Assembly: GCF_963921235.1 (NCBI RefSeq)
Contig: NC_086118.1
Coordinates: 30,008,001-30,072,000 of the forward strand
Source: Mobula hypostoma
Taxonomy: Eukaryota
Length of the DNA: 64,000 bases
Direction of reading: 5' to 3'
Program-made: the position numbers and the translations under genes
Notes under the pieces: generated by a model
What the model saw: the letters and a program-made list of their open reading frames with translations, nothing else
Told to the model about the DNA's origin: nothing
The model's database searches: none
Shown: in pieces, positions 62,421 through 64,000 of the stretch
How the letters are laid out: each line of letters opens with the position of its first letter
How positions within the stretch are numbered: position 1 is the first letter of the stretch

Positions 62421-64000
62421 CTGCAGGAGAACTTCTTTTAACACCAAAGATCTGTTTATTCCTGTAGATTTTCCAGGGGACTGGGAAACCTAGCATGTCA
62501 TGATTAAAACTCCTATGAGTTTAAGCTACCCAGCTGTATTCAGGTATTTATGTGACTAAACCACAGCCTGGGACAGTGTTTGACTGCTTGTCATCTGATA
62601 AATCTAGCAGTGGGCATGTTGTTGTTAATTTATTTTTAATTTCACTGTGTAGATTTCTCTAGTGAGGCTGGGAGTTGTTCTCATTTTTATTAGCCCCTCT
62701 GAACACAGTAATAAACTTAGCTATTTTGTAACTTCAAGAGTCAACCATATTGGTGGGTCTGAATTCACAGGTTAGTTTGCACCAGCATACCTTCAGGATG
62801 AAACTAAGCCCTTTAGGAAACTGGTGTAAGTACTTCAGTGTGTGACTCCCCTGATTATGGCTGGCATTGGCAATAATTGTGCACCTAATGACCTCACGGG
62901 GTCATACACAGAGTGAAAGTAAATTGGCACTGGCTGGTAATCTGCCATTTATATATTTGAGCAATTTACATCCCTTAGTACACAGTACACGTTTCATTCA
63001 CTGCTAGCCAAAATTAGAGGAAGTAAAGAGAAATTAATTTCAGTGACAGCTTTTGAAAATCAAAAGACACAATGAGGAGTTGGGAAAAGAGCCAGAGGTG
63101 AGCTGAAAAGAAACTTGTATGTGCTGTGAGTTATGGTGATCTAGGATGCGCTGACTGCAGGCCTGAGGGAAGAAGCTTTAATGGGAAATTTTCACAAAGA
63201 AATTAGGTAGATATTTGAAGAGTAGTAAATTACAGGGTTATGAGGGAAAGATTGGTTTTGAATGAACTGGATAGTTCTTCTGAGGAGCTGGCACAAGCAT
63301 ATTGAGCTAAATGCACACATCATGTGCTACATGATTCTATGGTCCTATAATCAAATATTTCATTAGTGGTCTCTTATTGGTGTTTTAGAAGGCCTGTGGT
63401 TCTTTCTTGGCTTACATTTTAGTATTGATTTCATCATGAAGCACTGAAGAATCAAAAAAGTTTATCGAATGATGCATATTTTTAAGTAGATTGTATTAGA
63501 GGAAAGACATTCTTGAAATAAGAGACTGGAAAATGAATAATTAAAACTCATTAAAAAATTCAAAGGAGAGATATATTGGAAAAGAGAGCTGGTTATTATT
63601 ATTCCATTTCACAGAATGAAGTACTAAGTGTCAAAGTGAGTTGAAAAAAAGTTGACAGGGGAAAAATATGAAATCTGGTCAATAATTTGTAATAAATGAA
63701 ATGAAGGCTAGTAAAAGTGAGACAAATACTGGACTCCTTGTAGACCAGGAAGGAAGTTAACAATTTTAACATAAAAAGATTAGATTTTCTATCAATACTC
63801 TAAAATGAAATTGTTGCCTGACCTTTCAGTTTTTATTCTCAAGAGCTTTGTATTTGAAAACATAGTGATTTTTTAATCATTGATGTTTTCAAATATAAAG
63901 CACTGTTTTTGTTTTCCTTAGGTCGTCAATCGTGATAAATGAAGTGTTAATCAGTAAAGATTTGCTGAACTTTAAGTGATTAATTGCAAAATTTTTCTCA

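Noticed and set aside
1-64000. CRISPR arrays, prokaryotic operons, rRNA genes
   Set aside because: No regularly spaced repeats, gene-dense organisation or rRNA signatures; the sequence is vertebrate repeat-rich DNA.

Overview
Eukaryotic, AT-rich, non-genic-looking (intronic or intergenic) vertebrate DNA dominated by transposable elements. The repeat repertoire (CR1/HER1-type LINEs with an esterase ORF1, HE1-like tRNA SINEs, Rex1/Babar, RTE, Penelope-like, Gypsy, hAT/Buster, Tc1/mariner) points to a cartilaginous fish, probably a ray; that assignment is inference. Every recognisable long ORF is TE-derived and no host gene could be identified; only a few weak micro-exon candidates lie in the TE-poor islands. 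The most notable structures are: (i) a dispersed family of short Penelope-derived insertions with 13-15 bp TSDs that carry minimal type I hammerhead ribozyme motifs (intact at 40090-40125); (ii) a CR1>Gypsy>CR1 nest at 17.3-28.2 kb whose Gypsy lacks RT/RNase H and the integrase core; (iii) a four-level SINE>hAT MITE>Harbinger-like>Penelope nest; (iv) two SINEs with a shared head and different tails; (v) a 158-bp local sequence copied inside a Tc1 relic.
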